A DNA stretch of 63,995 nt, the filler included, from Atractiella rhizophila (Eukaryota), in the NCBI GenBank assembly GCA_021432655.1. It is 4 parts of 4 records of this genome, joined end to end, with 100 filler letters (N's around TTAATTAATTAA, not from the genome) between each part and the next. Parts side by side here need not be neighbours in the genome. Positions count along the whole stretch, not along the records: positions 1 to 28,509 come from MU271482.1; 3 more parts are not named here. One strand, 5' to 3'. Below are positions 1 to 12,207 of this stretch, one piece after another (positions within the stretch are counted from its first letter, which is position 1; each line of letters starts with the position of its first letter). Position numbers and translations under genes: made by a program. The notes under the pieces were generated by a model. The model ran no database searches and had not been told where the DNA came from. It saw nothing but the letters and a program-made list of their open reading frames with translations.

Positions 1-2909
1 TCTACCTCTTCACACCTCCACCCCTCCCCCTTTCCCCCCTCCTTAATCTTCTCCGCTAACGCCACCAAATCCTCGAGGTCTGCCACCTTATTCCCACTGA
101 GACCTAACCACTCCAGACCCTTCCCTTTACTCGGCATGAGCAGGGACTGAATGCCGTCACAAGACGTGAAGAAATTAAAGGTCAATTCCAGGCTCTTCAA
201 ACCCGGCGCAGCCTTCGCCACGACCTCGAAGAAGAGCGCGGACGTCGCTGTGCCACCGTTAGGGGACGAAGTGGGAGACGTGACCTTGACACGATCGGAG
301 AGCGAGTTTCCAGATAGGTTGAGCGATTCGAGGTTTGGAAATACGACGTGGTTTCCCCTGCCGTCCATCCAGCCCATCAACTGTACTGCGGCTATCTTGT
401 TCCGACTCAAATCAAGACTTTTCAAGTTATCCCTCCATCCCCATGCAGCCAGTGAATCCCACGGAAGATCCTTCATGGCGTTCTTGGACAAATCCACTGT
501 ACGCAGATCGATAGGTTCGAAATCGTCGGATGAAGGTATGGGGAGGCGTTCGAGTTTGCTGTTTGATAAATTGAGAGAATGGGAATGTGCATTGTAAGCG
601 TGATAGACGACGCTCAAGTCTTCCCCCTCTCCAACCTTATTCTCTCTTTCCTCGACTGCTGCACGTCTCGACGCCTCTATCCTCGCTCTTCTCCTGGCAC
701 CTTCTGTCAGTCCCGCTTCAGCATCTACCTCCCACGCAAGTTTCTCAACCTTCTTCCCTTCTGTAGCAGTCGTAACTTCTGACGCCTGTCTCTGCCTTGA
801 CTTGAGTGGCTTCTCTGAAGGCATGTACGGAGGAGGGGGTGAGTTATCCTCTCTGCCCTTTTCTTTCAGCGGGACTTCCACGACCTGAGTCTCCTCATCC
901 GCGTCCGCCTCTCTTTCATCTCGCTCCTCCTCCTCCTCTTCGTCTTTATTCTTCTCCTCTTTCCCAATAGCAGCAGCCGCGAGCTTATTCTCAGCTCTAC
1001 TCGCTTTCTTCCGCCTCAACATCTCCCTCCTCCTCTTGCCTTCATCCTTCAAGAAATTTTCTCCCACTCCAACGCTTACATTCCATACCCCTTCTCCTTC
1101 CCGCGGCATCGTCGCTTTCACCAGCTTCGTCAAGCTGTCAGGCAAGCCTCGATATTCCGCTCGCCTCTCCTTCGATTCCATCACGATCCCCAACATGCCT
1201 TCGAGCCCGGAAGTGGAGTCGATCTCGTTACTCATGAGATCGAGTTCCTTCAACGATTTCCAACGGCCCTGCTCCCTCGCTTCATTCCCCTGCGCGTCAC
1301 CCTCCAAAGATCGGAAGAAGGAATCTCCAATCTCGTTATTCCTCAGACTGAGCTTTTCCAATCGTTCCAGTCCTCCAAATACCTTCAACACCTCTCCACC
1401 GTCTCGTTTTCCCACACCAAGTACATTTCCATCCATCTCCAGGGTCACGAGTCGGACGGGCCAAGCGTCCCCAATCTCCTCCAAAGCGGGTAGCGTCAGT
1501 TTGTTGGCCACGAGCTTCAGACTTGTCAGCTTAGGCCATGGTGCGCTATTGGGGTCGCGGGATAGAGGAGGGGATTGAGCCCTAGGAAGAGGAGGGGGTA
1601 GAGAAGCCTTCTTTTGCTGGAAACCGGCGAAAAAGCCACCGCTGGAATTGTAGGAGGAATCGAGTAAGGATCCGAAAGATTCGTCGCCGGTTATCGCTTT
1701 TATGGCTTCTTTCCTCTCCACTTCTTCCTTCGCAGATTCCTCTTTACATTTCTCCAAGTCATCTCGAAAGGAAGAAGCCCAAAGAGAAGGGAGGGAGTTG
1801 GAGGAGAGGTCGAGAGAGGTGAGATTGGAGAGCGCAAGGAGGGGGAGGGGAAAGGAGGAGAGTTTGTTGGAGGATAGGTCGACTGTCGTCAAGTTGGTAA
1901 AGTTGAGGAAGGTGGAGGGAAGCGACTGGAGTAGGTTATTATGCAGATCGAGGTGTTCGAGATCCTTAAAATCCCCTATCTGGACCTCGAGAGAAGTAAG
2001 CTCGTTTGTGCCCGCCTTCAACGTCTTTAGTTCCTTTTCGTTCCAATACGAAGAGGAGGACACTGGCTCGTACGTCGAGAAATCAAAGTTAAGGATCGTA
2101 TTTGAGCCAGAACTCGCGCTTTTGGATGGCAGGGAAGGCATATTGGACGGATGATATGGCGACGTAGACGGTAGAAGGGTCCACAGTTCAGATGGAAGGG
2201 ATGGCATAGACCGGGAACTGATATTCAAGTGTCCTGTGCAACTCATTCTTTACCACTGCACCGTGATGCACATCTAGGCAGGAAGTAGACATACCTGTAC
2301 TACGCGCTTTCTCTACCAGCGGACCAACGGGAGGCAGCAAGCTATCAGCCGCGCTGTCGAGCCATCCGCCTCCGCGTGCTGCTCCACTCCCTCCTCCAGA
2401 CCCTCCACCTCCGAACCCTCCAAAATCAAAGGCACTCGCACCATCATTCCACTTATCTTCCTTCGGCAGCACCTTCCTTCCAGGCGTCGTCGTCGTCTTC
2501 GCCGCTCCTCTTCCGCGCAATCCAGAAGCGGATGGGCTTTTCCTTATCGCCCCTCCCCTCGTAGAAGAAGCAGAGGCAGTCCCAGTGCGTGGAGCAGTAG
2601 GAGTGCGAAGGGATGACCCGGCGGCTCTTCCTAAGCTGGAAGAAGTCTTGGAAGCCCCAGCACGCGGCGTTGGCGTTGGAGATGCTGGCTCTGGAGGAGG
2701 AGAAGTTGCCTTTGCAGGCGTAGGTGTTTCTGGCGCCTGTGATTTAGCACGAAGGGCGGCGAGGGCGGCGCGTACTGTGCATGTTTTCGTTGGCTTCTTC
2801 GCTCAACTCGGGAGATGAGAGACGCACCTTGGGGAGAGGCAGCTGTCGATGGCCCCGTAGACTTTTTGACTGCTCTGGGCGTCTGATTTGGAGGCCGCAG
2901 GGACGACAT
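1..2909 (-). CDS. Leucine-rich-repeat protein (LRRC40-like), 3' end runs off the window
   Basis: ATG at 2909 (MSSLRPPNQTP), with GT-AG introns near 2827-2775 and around 2290-2240. A long minus-strand exon then carries LRR consensus repeats (LEHLDLHNNLLQSLP, LTTVDLSSNKLSSFP, LTSLDLSSNSLPSL). The plus-strand ORFs here are antisense shadows. Confidence 0.8.
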
Positions 2910-2999
2910 CTTGGCTGCTGCCCAACCTGTATTGTTATGCTGGTCGTCGAATTTAGAGTCACGACGATCACAAGAAGACCAAGTAATTATAAGACGACG

Positions 3000-4734
3000 A
3001 TGTCGCAGCCGTCCTTCCCACCTTCAGCAGGAGGGGATCCAGACCCACGCATCCACTTTGACCGTCTCACAGGGAAATGGAAGTTCGAAGACGACGCCAG
3101 CGGGAAAGAGTACGAATACGACGATGGGAAGGCAACGTGGGTGGAGTGTGTGGATGACGAGGTTATCAAAAGGCAGCAGGAGGCTTATAGTGTCCAAGGG
3201 GTTGATGAGCAGGTGGGTTTCTTCTCCCTTTCTCTACGATGCACCAAGGGCTGGCATGCGGTGAAGTCACCACCGAAGGAATGAGAAGAACGTGCCTTGT
3301 AACAAAATGGAAGCGGGGACTGTCAGCGCTCGTGAACATTGGACGATGCATTCGCTCAGAAGTTCCGCTGCATCCCTCGCTATAGCTTTTCCTTCCTTGC
3401 GGGATGAAGGCTCCAGAAGGAGCCAAAGACTGGCCTTTCTTGCCTTTTACAACAGCAGAAACATATGTCCAAACCACCTGCTAATATTTGGCGAATTAGA
3501 CGCCAGCTGCGCCAGTCTTGAATCGTGGGAAGAAACGAAAGAAGCAAGACAACGACGACGACGACACGCCAGCGATCCTACGAGGAAAAGTGAAAAAGAG
3601 CAATTCCTCCAAAGCCTCCACTTCCGCCGCCCCTCCACCCCGTCAAACCGCCGTGTTCGTTTCCAATCTTCCATCCTATACCACCGTTGAGCTCCTCCAT
3701 CGGACCTTCCTCAAAGGCGGAGTGATCTTGGAGTCGTCGGATGGAGAACCGAAGATCAAGATGTATTATGATTCGGAGGGACGGTTCAAGGGGGAGGCAC
3801 TCGTCGTTTATTTGAGGGAAGAAAGCGTTGTGCTGGCTACCACCTTGTTGGATGACACGATTTTGGAGAGAGAAGAAGAGGAGGGCAAACCCGGCGCAGA
3901 AGGTGGAGAGGGCAATAGGATGAGGGTCGTGAAGGCTGAGTTTGGAAAGAAGATGGAGGTCGATTCGACGAGGAATGGGGAAGCAGGTGGGAGAGGAGGG
4001 GGGAATGGGAACGGGATGGCGAAGAGTGAGGAGATGAAGAAGAAGAAGCAGGGGAAGCAGGCCGAAAAACTTAAGATGTATGCCCCTCCACCTCTTCCTT
4101 CCGTCTCAAGCAGTTCCCAATCGAAACCTGACCACGAACGTTCACGCAGGAAACTTACTGACTGGTCCTCAGACGAAGAGGACGCATTAAAGACCTTGAA
4201 CAAGTTACCTAAGATTGTTATCCTCCGAAAGATGTTTACGCTCGCCGAGTTGGAAGAAGATCCGAGCTTGCTGCTCGATTTGAAGGAGGATGTCAGGGAG
4301 GAATGTGGCAAGTTAGGCGAGGTCACGAATGTGGTGCTTTACGATGTGCGTCTTCTCACCATGCTTCGCTTCATTTCATTGTCGATACTGATTTCACATC
4401 TGTGGGAACAGAAAGAACCAGAAGGGATCATGAGCATCCGTTTCAAGGATGAGCTCTCCGCACAAGCATGCGTCCTCGTACGTCCTCTTCCTAATTTCTT
4501 CTCCCCAATCATCTCTCTCAAAGAACTACTGCCTGACGTCTCTTGATTGGATCCTAGAAAATGAACAATCGTTTCTTTGGCGGCCGACAGATCCAAGCTG
4601 CCCTCCTGGAGGGAAAACCCAAGTTTCGAAAGAGCGCAGATAAGGAAGCGATCGTGCCCGACAAGGCGACGGAAGAGGAGGAAAAGAAGAGGATGGATGA
4701 TTGGAACAAGTGGTTGGAGGAGGGAGGAGAGTGA
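3000..4734 (+). CDS. CUS2: U2 snRNP-associated splicing factor Cus2/Tat-SF1 (RRM + UHM)
   Basis: ATG at 3000 (MSQPSFPP...QQEAYSVQGVDE). RRM1 reads AVFVSNLP...KIKMYYDSEGRFKGEALVVYLREESV, and the UHM reads IVILRKMFTLAELEEDPSLLLDLKEDVREECGKLGEVTNV...MNNRFFGGRQI. TGA at 4732-4734. Confidence 0.9.
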
Positions 4735-4886
4735 AATAATCATGTAACCTTGCTTCTGTATTCAGTATCACTTGTCACTGTCTGCCTCTTCAGTCCAATG
4801 TCACTCCTAAAGTGTCTTTGACAGAGATTGCACAAAATAACTGAAAATAAGTACAAACGTAGCAAGGACGGCGAGGTGAAGAGAGA

Positions 4887-6395
4887 TCAAGAAAAGTCAT
4901 CGAATCCCATCAAGAAATGCTTGTACACCGACATGATCTTTGCCACAAATGCTAAACAGGGAGGCGCAACCTTCAGTCCAAAGTCAAATGGAGGAAGTAT
5001 GACATACCTTCGATGTGGAATATCGGTTTGTTGCCTTGCACCACTCGATGTTCATAATGTGCTGCCCAATGGATAATCTCCGGCTTTAACGCCTCATCAA
5101 CCCTCTCTGTCAATCTTTTCGCCAACGTCTGTCCCACAATCTCACCGTCAATTTGGATTCGAAGGAAAAAGGTGATCATGGAGAGACATACGGAAATGAC
5201 GATGCCTGGAGGAATGCAATGGACGAGCAGCTCATAAATCATCCCTCTGACCTCCAACAGCCTCTCTGGCGACTGATCGCTGATGATTTTCTCAGCAACC
5301 TTTCCCGCATACTTCTCCCAGTCCGGCCTCGGCACCAAGTCGAGAGCATCGTTCAGGGCTTTGCGTGTGGGGTTCGGTTGCAGCAGTGGATGGTCGTCTG
5401 GGATTTTGGAAAAAGTGGGATCTATGGTGGCTAGGGATTCAAGGGTGAGAAGGGCACGCCGGAGGTTGCGAGATGAAAGACGGGAGAGGAGCGGTGGGAT
5501 GTGAGGTGGAACTTGAAGGGAGGCGAGGGTGGAGACGCGTTGGATCACTTTGCATATCTATGTCCCCTTCAATTATCTATTCCTTCCTGGGAGAACGAAG
5601 CAGGGAACAACCTCGTCTTCTGATGGCGCTCCGACGCGCAGGAGAAGGCAACGAGACTTGATGGGACTGATAATTCGTGAAGTGGAATTCGCACAAAGGA
5701 TGACCCGTAAGTTGGCGGTGTACTTCTCCATCGTACGGCGAAGGGCTGCCTGGGCGTCTCGACTCAACAAATCAGCCTCGTTGATCACCACCACTACTTT
5801 CCAGTTAGATCCCCACCATTGAGGAGAAAGTCTGTGCTGACCTTTGAAACGCTTTTTTGCATTCAGATCCACTTGCTGTGTCTGAGCAATTTCTTTGAGG
5901 ATGTCTTGCACGACAGAGCGGTCCCAGTTCCCAACGTCCCTGCCTCTCCTTTCAACACTAACTAAAGGTGACGCAGGGTTGAAGCTCACGCAGGAGTCAA
6001 TTCAATGTGGTAATTCGACTGAACGACATTCACGTCCAATTTCCGCCGGCTGGGGGTGACGAAAACTCTCTGATCTATCCTCAACTGTCCTCGAGAAGGT
6101 ATCACGCTCCCCTTCGCCGTTCTTCAGCACGAGAGAGCGCACCTTTTCAACGCCAGGTCCATAAAGCTCCCTCAGCGTTGCCATTATCCTCGTCTTTTTC
6201 CCAGCACCTGAAGGACCATAGAACAAACAATGCGGGAAGTCTCCTCCTTCAGCCTGTAGGACGCGGTTATTGTCAGGACTTTGGTAGAAGTCGTTTGGGA
6301 CGACGAACGAGTGTGGAGATGCGCTTTGAAAGCTCGGGGTGGTAGTCCAGCTCCTCCAAGCTCTTTGGGCGGTATTTGTCTACGTATAGCGACAT
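4887..6395 (-). CDS. RFC5: Replication factor C small subunit (yeast Rfc5 / human RFC3)
   Basis: Spliced reading: MSLYVDKYRPKSLEELDYH, Walker A FYGPSGAGKKTRI, DRSVVQDILKEIAQTQQVD, INEADLLSRDAQAALRRTMEKY, ISPIKSRCLLLRV, YELLVHCIPP, GNKPIFHIE. Confidence 0.95.
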
Positions 6396-6425
6396 CTCGA
6401 AAACTTATATTCGCTAGAGGAAAGT

Positions 6426-6466
6426 CGCGAAATTGGTTGAATTGTCGTTTTGCAAGTCGTACGCGT
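6426..6466. promoter_or_regulatory. Candidate G1/S cell-cycle elements (CGCGAAA and MCB ACGCGT) upstream of RFC5
   Basis: CGCGAAA at 6426-6432 and ACGCGT at 6461-6466, 30-70 bp upstream of the RFC5 ATG. MCB boxes are established in fungal DNA-replication gene promoters. Confidence 0.45.
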
Positions 6467-6933
6467 CGGCGGTACGTACCCCGCAGCGTTTCTACCACAC
6501 AAACTTTTTTTCGGGAGAGAACATGGAACAAGACGTGAACGTTTCAAGTGAGCTCCAGAGTTCCAAAAGACAAGCGAATTCCAAACATCTGCACAGAAAG
6601 AAAAATGTTCATGGTATCAAAACCACTCAGCCCAGAAGCTGCGTTAGCAGAAGGCTGCTTAGGGTCGTTTTGCCATCAGGCACATATCAGTTTAACGCTC
6701 TCTTCTTTTCGTCACGCTTCACCCTTTTTCAGCGACTAGCTAAAGGCCTCATTCCAAGTCGCGGATCATCTCACTTCCCTTCACTGGCTCCAGTGTGGAT
6801 ATTTCGAGGGTTTGGTTGTAGATAAATACCTAGTTCAAGGTCTCAACGTGGCCATTCGAATCTCTCACGCTCCTTTCTCACATTGAATTTCCTTTCAAGC
6901 TTACCTTCGTCGCTCTTTTCCACAACTTTCAGG

Positions 6934-7665
6934 ATGCGATACCTTCTCCTTTCTTCCATCTTCATCCAGTTCGTTCTAGCCATCTTTCTTCGGTCTGCAG
7001 TCGACCGTCTCCTCCTCCGCGATCGTTACTCCCTCGATCCAGTTCATCCGCGTTCCTTCGACAAGAGTTACGATCTGGAGCAAGGCTTCGGCTCCTTTGA
7101 CCTGGAAGGAGCGGACGTCCCGACGCGAGCCAAAAGGTGGAATCCATCGCCTTCACCATCTCCCTCGCCAAGTTGGAAGGAGCATGAGCGGAAGAAGGAA
7201 AGAAAGTGCAAGAAAGGAGACAAAGGGTGTCACGCAGAAGAGAACAAGAAATCTTCGAAACAAATCTATGAGGGTCATTTTGAGAAAATCAAGGAGAACA
7301 ATGTGAAACCGATCAGACGAGTGGAAGACGAGGAAACGTGCGTGGAGGGCATGAGATTGTGTCCCTCGAGCACTTCGGGAAGCTTTGAGGTCAGAGTCTA
7401 CCTCATGCATCCTTTCGTACTCACAAATAAGAGCAGTGCGTCGATCTCGATGATATCTTCAACTGTGGCGGTTGCGCACAATCCGGAGATGGTGTCGATT
7501 GCGCTGCGAAACATCCTGGCGCTAGGAGCTTGAGCTGTGTCAAGAACAAGTGTGTCGTCCGTGCGTTGTCCCCTTCCCACGAAGAAAACTGCCAATCGAA
7601 AGCGCGTAGATGGCTGTCAAGCTGGTTATCGCTATAGCTTTGGAGGCACCTGCGTTCTCCCTTGA
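6934..7665 (+). CDS. Secreted PriA/CPL1-like protein with Cys-rich C-terminal domain
   Basis: Signal peptide MRYLLLSSIFIQFVLA and a Kex2-like AKR site. The spliced C-terminus TCVEGMRLCP..SFE|CVDLDDIFNCGGCAQSGDGVDCAAKHPGARSLSCVKNKCVV|DGCQAGY...CVLP matches the basidiomycete PriA/CPL1 cysteine pattern. Confidence 0.75.
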
Positions 7666-8963
7666 TTCTTCACAGATCCTGGTGAACAAACCTGAATACC
7701 TCCAGCCTCTCACTATGACAAATGTTCACCAGCCCTTCCAAACCTTCGATTTTCACCATTTCATATCGTTTTAACCGGCCGACATATAGTGCTTTTGATG
7801 AACTTATTTCTATTTCTGTGTGCAAATTTCAGGGATCTCTAAATAAACAGATGCAATACTGCTCCTCAGACTGAAGTGCAATACTGCGACATCACTGCCA
7901 AAGAGATTAAATCTTCAACGCGGTTCCACAGTCAGGTGATATTTCAATTAGTCTGAGATAAGGTTGAGGAAACCCTTTGTCTTCGGGCTTCCTCTCGCTG
8001 GACCACCATCAAACCATTGACACATCGCTCCAGTTTTCGCTCATCCAACCTGCGTGGCTACTCGATAAAGTGACTATACCTGCAAGATTGCTGGGCAGAC
8101 TTTTCTTTTGAATTTTACTATAATTTGTCAGTCCCAACCTCTGCTTCGCCTTCCTTATCCCGCGGCAGCATCCCCCTGGTTGCTTTGCGATTTGTAGGTC
8201 CAGCCGCTCACATGAACGATTGGGGAATAGTTTTTTCGTGCTTGCGTTATCCTGTCTGTACGTTTTAGGGACTTAAAAACAGCATTGGAGAGAACACGAG
8301 TATAGTCTGTTGGGTTAATCTACATTGGTGCTTTCTAGGTGAGTGGACATCCGATTCCCTGTTTCATGTGTTCAAAAGTATGGGTGTTTGCGCAAACATC
8401 AGTTCTGGGGGACTTTACATACCCTCAAAGTTTGCCCTGATCGCGCTGGCACTCCTCAGTTGAGAACATGCGTTGATTCTCTTCGTTTTGCGGGGTTGGG
8501 TGGTCCGCCCAAAAAAAATAGTCTTTGTAAACACTGTCACGCCTTCAAGTTCGCGGTCCTTGGTTCTGTGGATCTTGGTCACCCGTCTGAAGAACGCTTT
8601 GCTTTAATCTTCATCCACAAGCACACATGCCACTGCCACCATATTCAACTGGGAAGACAGAAGTCGGATCAAAGTCCTGGCAAGTCCCCCGCGACGGAAC
8701 CCGGGTACGGGAACTGAATTTTGAGATCTGAATTGTTTGTAGGCGCGCAAAACAAGCGGAACTGGTGTCCCTCCAGAGGGAACGAGAGGTGGGTACATCC
8801 GCAGTTTGCCCAACTTTTTGGTTCTGTGTGTGTGCGGTACCAACATATATCACAACGTCCGCTCCTACGAGAGCTCCTTTCTTGATGCTCCTTGAATGTC
8901 CATGTCGATATCCATGGACCTTGGGGTCTCGCCGTTCATTTCCCCTCACTCTCTTTGTTCAAA

Positions 8964-11629
8964 ATGAAGAAACCTCAAACAAAAACTAACGCCTCCTGGC
9001 GCCGCTTTGGCTCTACACAGAAACTGACCGAGGCCACTCAGCGAGCGATCCTCGAGGTGCGTTTCAAAGCATGAGTTTGTTTTGTATCTCACCTTTATTT
9101 GCATACATAGAGCGAAATCCAAGCCAAGTTAAGGGACGGCGAATACAGCGATTTAAGGGAAATGCAAGAAACTGAAGAAAGGTTCGTGCCCCTACCTTAT
9201 GCTGCCCCATCTTAACTATCAAGCTTGATAGGCTTCGTTTGTTGAGGGAAGAAGTTGAACTCTTAGAAAGTCAGAAACTCGACGCTGTCCGGTGTACCCT
9301 GATCATCGAACAATGGTTGCTTATTTTTGTTGATAGGAATCTGGATTCGATCGATCCAACTTTGAATCTGAAGCTAGAGGTCTGTTCATCACCCACAAGC
9401 GATTGCACATAGTGATGTGGAGTTGCTTGCAGAACTTCTTCTCCGACAACAAGCTGAGGAGCGAGCAAACGCACTCCTTAACGGCAGAGACGTCGAGGAC
9501 CAGCGAAGGGTGCGTTGTTCAACTTCACTTATGTATAGCCTCTAAATGTAATATGCATAGAATCCACGTCTCGAGGCGGAGAAACTATTGATGGAGCAAC
9601 GGGACAAAGATAAACAGATGCAAATGTTGCGGGCGAGGTCCGTAGAGGGGCTCATTTTCACACATCAGTAATGTTGACACATAAGTCTGTAGGCTGAGCC
9701 AACTCGGACAAACTCAGGGACCTCAATCCAGGAATGGGCAGGATCCTCTCGAGACATATCGTCGAGCCATGCAAGCTAACAACAATAATCGACAAGGCAC
9801 ATCTGGCCGCGTTGTGTCTGGTAACTCGAATCAGAACGCAGATTCAAGGTGGGGATCAATGCTGAACGGAAACAACAACCGCAATGCCCAACCAAGTGCT
9901 CAATCGATCCTTCGCAGCCTCCAGGGAAATCAAACACCGGGTTGGAACCGAGGAGGTGAAGCTGCCACTACCAATCGATGGGGAATGCCCGCGAATTCGC
10001 TCTCGACCCAATGTGAGCAAACTTCTCTCCGCATTCTTCCAGAACTCATTGTGACCTTGATAGCCAAACGACCCTCACCCAAATACTCTGCAGCCAAGAT
10101 GGACGATTTCATTGGTGTGTATTCTCCATGGAGATTCCTTAGCTCATCTGAGGCTGCTTTATAGTCGTAACGGCCGACACAGTCCCTGGCTTTACCGTCA
10201 CTCGACTACTTGGAGACGTCTGGGGGACAGCCTTGCGAGAAATACCGACACACAACCTCACTCCTGCTGAAGAGGAGCTTGCTCGCCGTTCTGCCCATGA
10301 GGACCGCCGGCATGCTGTTTCAGAGATGATCGAGAACGCTCTCCACAGAGGAGCCAATGGTTCGTCTTGCCCTATATTCAGTGCCTATCGCCGAGTGCCC
10401 TGACCAACTCTTGGTTAGCCGTCTTTGGCCTGCGATTCGAATCCTCTGCTCCTGTCACTCCCAATAAGGTTCGTCGCCCCTACATATGAGCCATGATCTG
10501 AAGCTGGAAATATCAGGCTGAGATCGTCTCTTACGGAACTGCAGCGATTGTTAGCCCTTCGAATTCCCCTATTCAGCGCCAACAGCCCCCATTGATCTCT
10601 CCTTCTGCGTCCCGCGGCGGCGGCTCGAACTCCTCCATGAACTCTGCCCTTCTGCAGGCCCTCCAACAAACTCGCTCGAATGCCGCTAGTCGTCAGACAG
10701 GTAAAGGATCCGAGACTCCTGGGCTCAGTAATTATCATGGCTTGAACGGTGCGAGCTCAGGTCTGGGCGGCGGTTTGGGTGGTCTGGGAGGGAGAGGTGG
10801 CAGTCAGAACCTTCTGAGCCAACTGAGCAATGCGGCTGCCGGCGCCAACCGTCGGACTAATTCTACGAGCGCTCTTACCTCTCGAAGCCAGTCGCAGTCT
10901 CGATTGGGCGGCCTCCATGGCTTAGGCTCCTCTACCGGTCTTGGAGGAAGGACCAATCAACTAGAAAACGATCTTGCCGGTCTTCAGGATCGACTCCTGA
11001 AAGAGCGAGCTCGACAACTGGCTTCTCAGGGCGGTGGAGGAAGAGGAGGTCCTCCGGCTATGTACAATGGCATTGATCTCTCGAACCTTCACGACTCTCT
11101 CGACAACAACGATGGTTATGGAGGGGGAGAGGATTATGGAGAGGAGGAAGAGTATCAGGAAGATTATGCTAATTATGATGAAGAGATGGACCAACTTGCT
11201 CATGATGACCATCAGAATCTTCCCAACATGGCTACAAGAGGACGAGCGGGTTCCATGTCTGGCGCTGCTAGTGGCGCACTTGGTAACATATTGAGAGGAT
11301 CGAAATCTGGCGATTTGCGTGCGAAGAGCCCAGGACGACCAGGACTGCCAAGTGCCAACTCATGGAGCTCAAACGGCGCAGCTTCGAAGGTGATGAATAC
11401 ACCGGGAAAGATCTCCGAGAAGGGCAAGTCGTCCTCGACGCCGTGGGGAACAACTCCAAGAGCCCCAACGGATAATTGGGGAGGAGACGGCGGTGATGGC
11501 GACGAAAGCGGATGGAACAACAATGGGAACTTGCCTGAAGAAAACGACGGCGGATGGGGAGGTAAAAATGACAACTCCAACCCAAACGATGGCAGTTGGG
11601 GCGCCAATGGACCTACAACGTGGGGCTGA
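8964..11629 (+). CDS. Coiled-coil + YbjQ/UPF0145 domain + WG/GW-rich disordered protein
   Basis: About 10 introns read by eye. Coiled coil RLRLLREEVELLESQKLDA. The YbjQ signature spans exons in 10164-10553: VVTADTVPGFTVTRLLGDVWGTA...DRRHAVSEMIENALHRGAN|AVFGLRFE...|AEIVSYGTAAIV. The long G/S/N-rich last exon ends in six WG/GW motifs. Confidence 0.75.
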
Positions 11630-12207
11630 TTTCCTTTCACGTTATTTTTCGACCTTCATTTGTTTGTGCACGCATCTATCTTACGTCCATGTCTTCGTAT
11701 TTTCTAATTTGCATCATTTCATTCAAAACGGGGAGGTCGGTTTTCCAAACCGTAAGCACTTTCCTCCTGTCTCACGCTCTGCTCCACCACTTACTATTCA
11801 ATTGTCATATTCAAAAGAGCTTTTCTGCCTTTCAAAAGAGACATGGACCCCTTTCTACGTTGGGACCAAAAGTCCATTGCTTGGTATAATTCGAAACACC
11901 AAACCCAAAGAATTGCCCCCGTTTTGTATTCGCATCGTTTGTGCCTTGACTCCAGCTGTGGCGTCTTCAGAAACGATTATCTCTGTCTTCGATAAGTTTT
12001 TCTCATACAACAATACCTTACTGATTTTGGCCTCTTGTTTTTTTGCATATTTTTCGGACTTTCTCACACGGTCGACATTCCATCGCCTGCCCGGATTCGG
12101 ACCTCGTCAACTTGCTGCCTGCAACTTTCGATCAATTATACCTGGATACCTACACTTCTAAACCCGCGGTTACACGTCGATTATCGCATTACAGAGAGAC
12201 GAACGAT

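Noticed and set aside
151..2154. Plus-strand ORFs of 148-180 aa, and similar ones at 44594-45412 and 37588-38088
   Set aside because: They are antisense shadows of real genes on the opposite strand and have no independent motifs.
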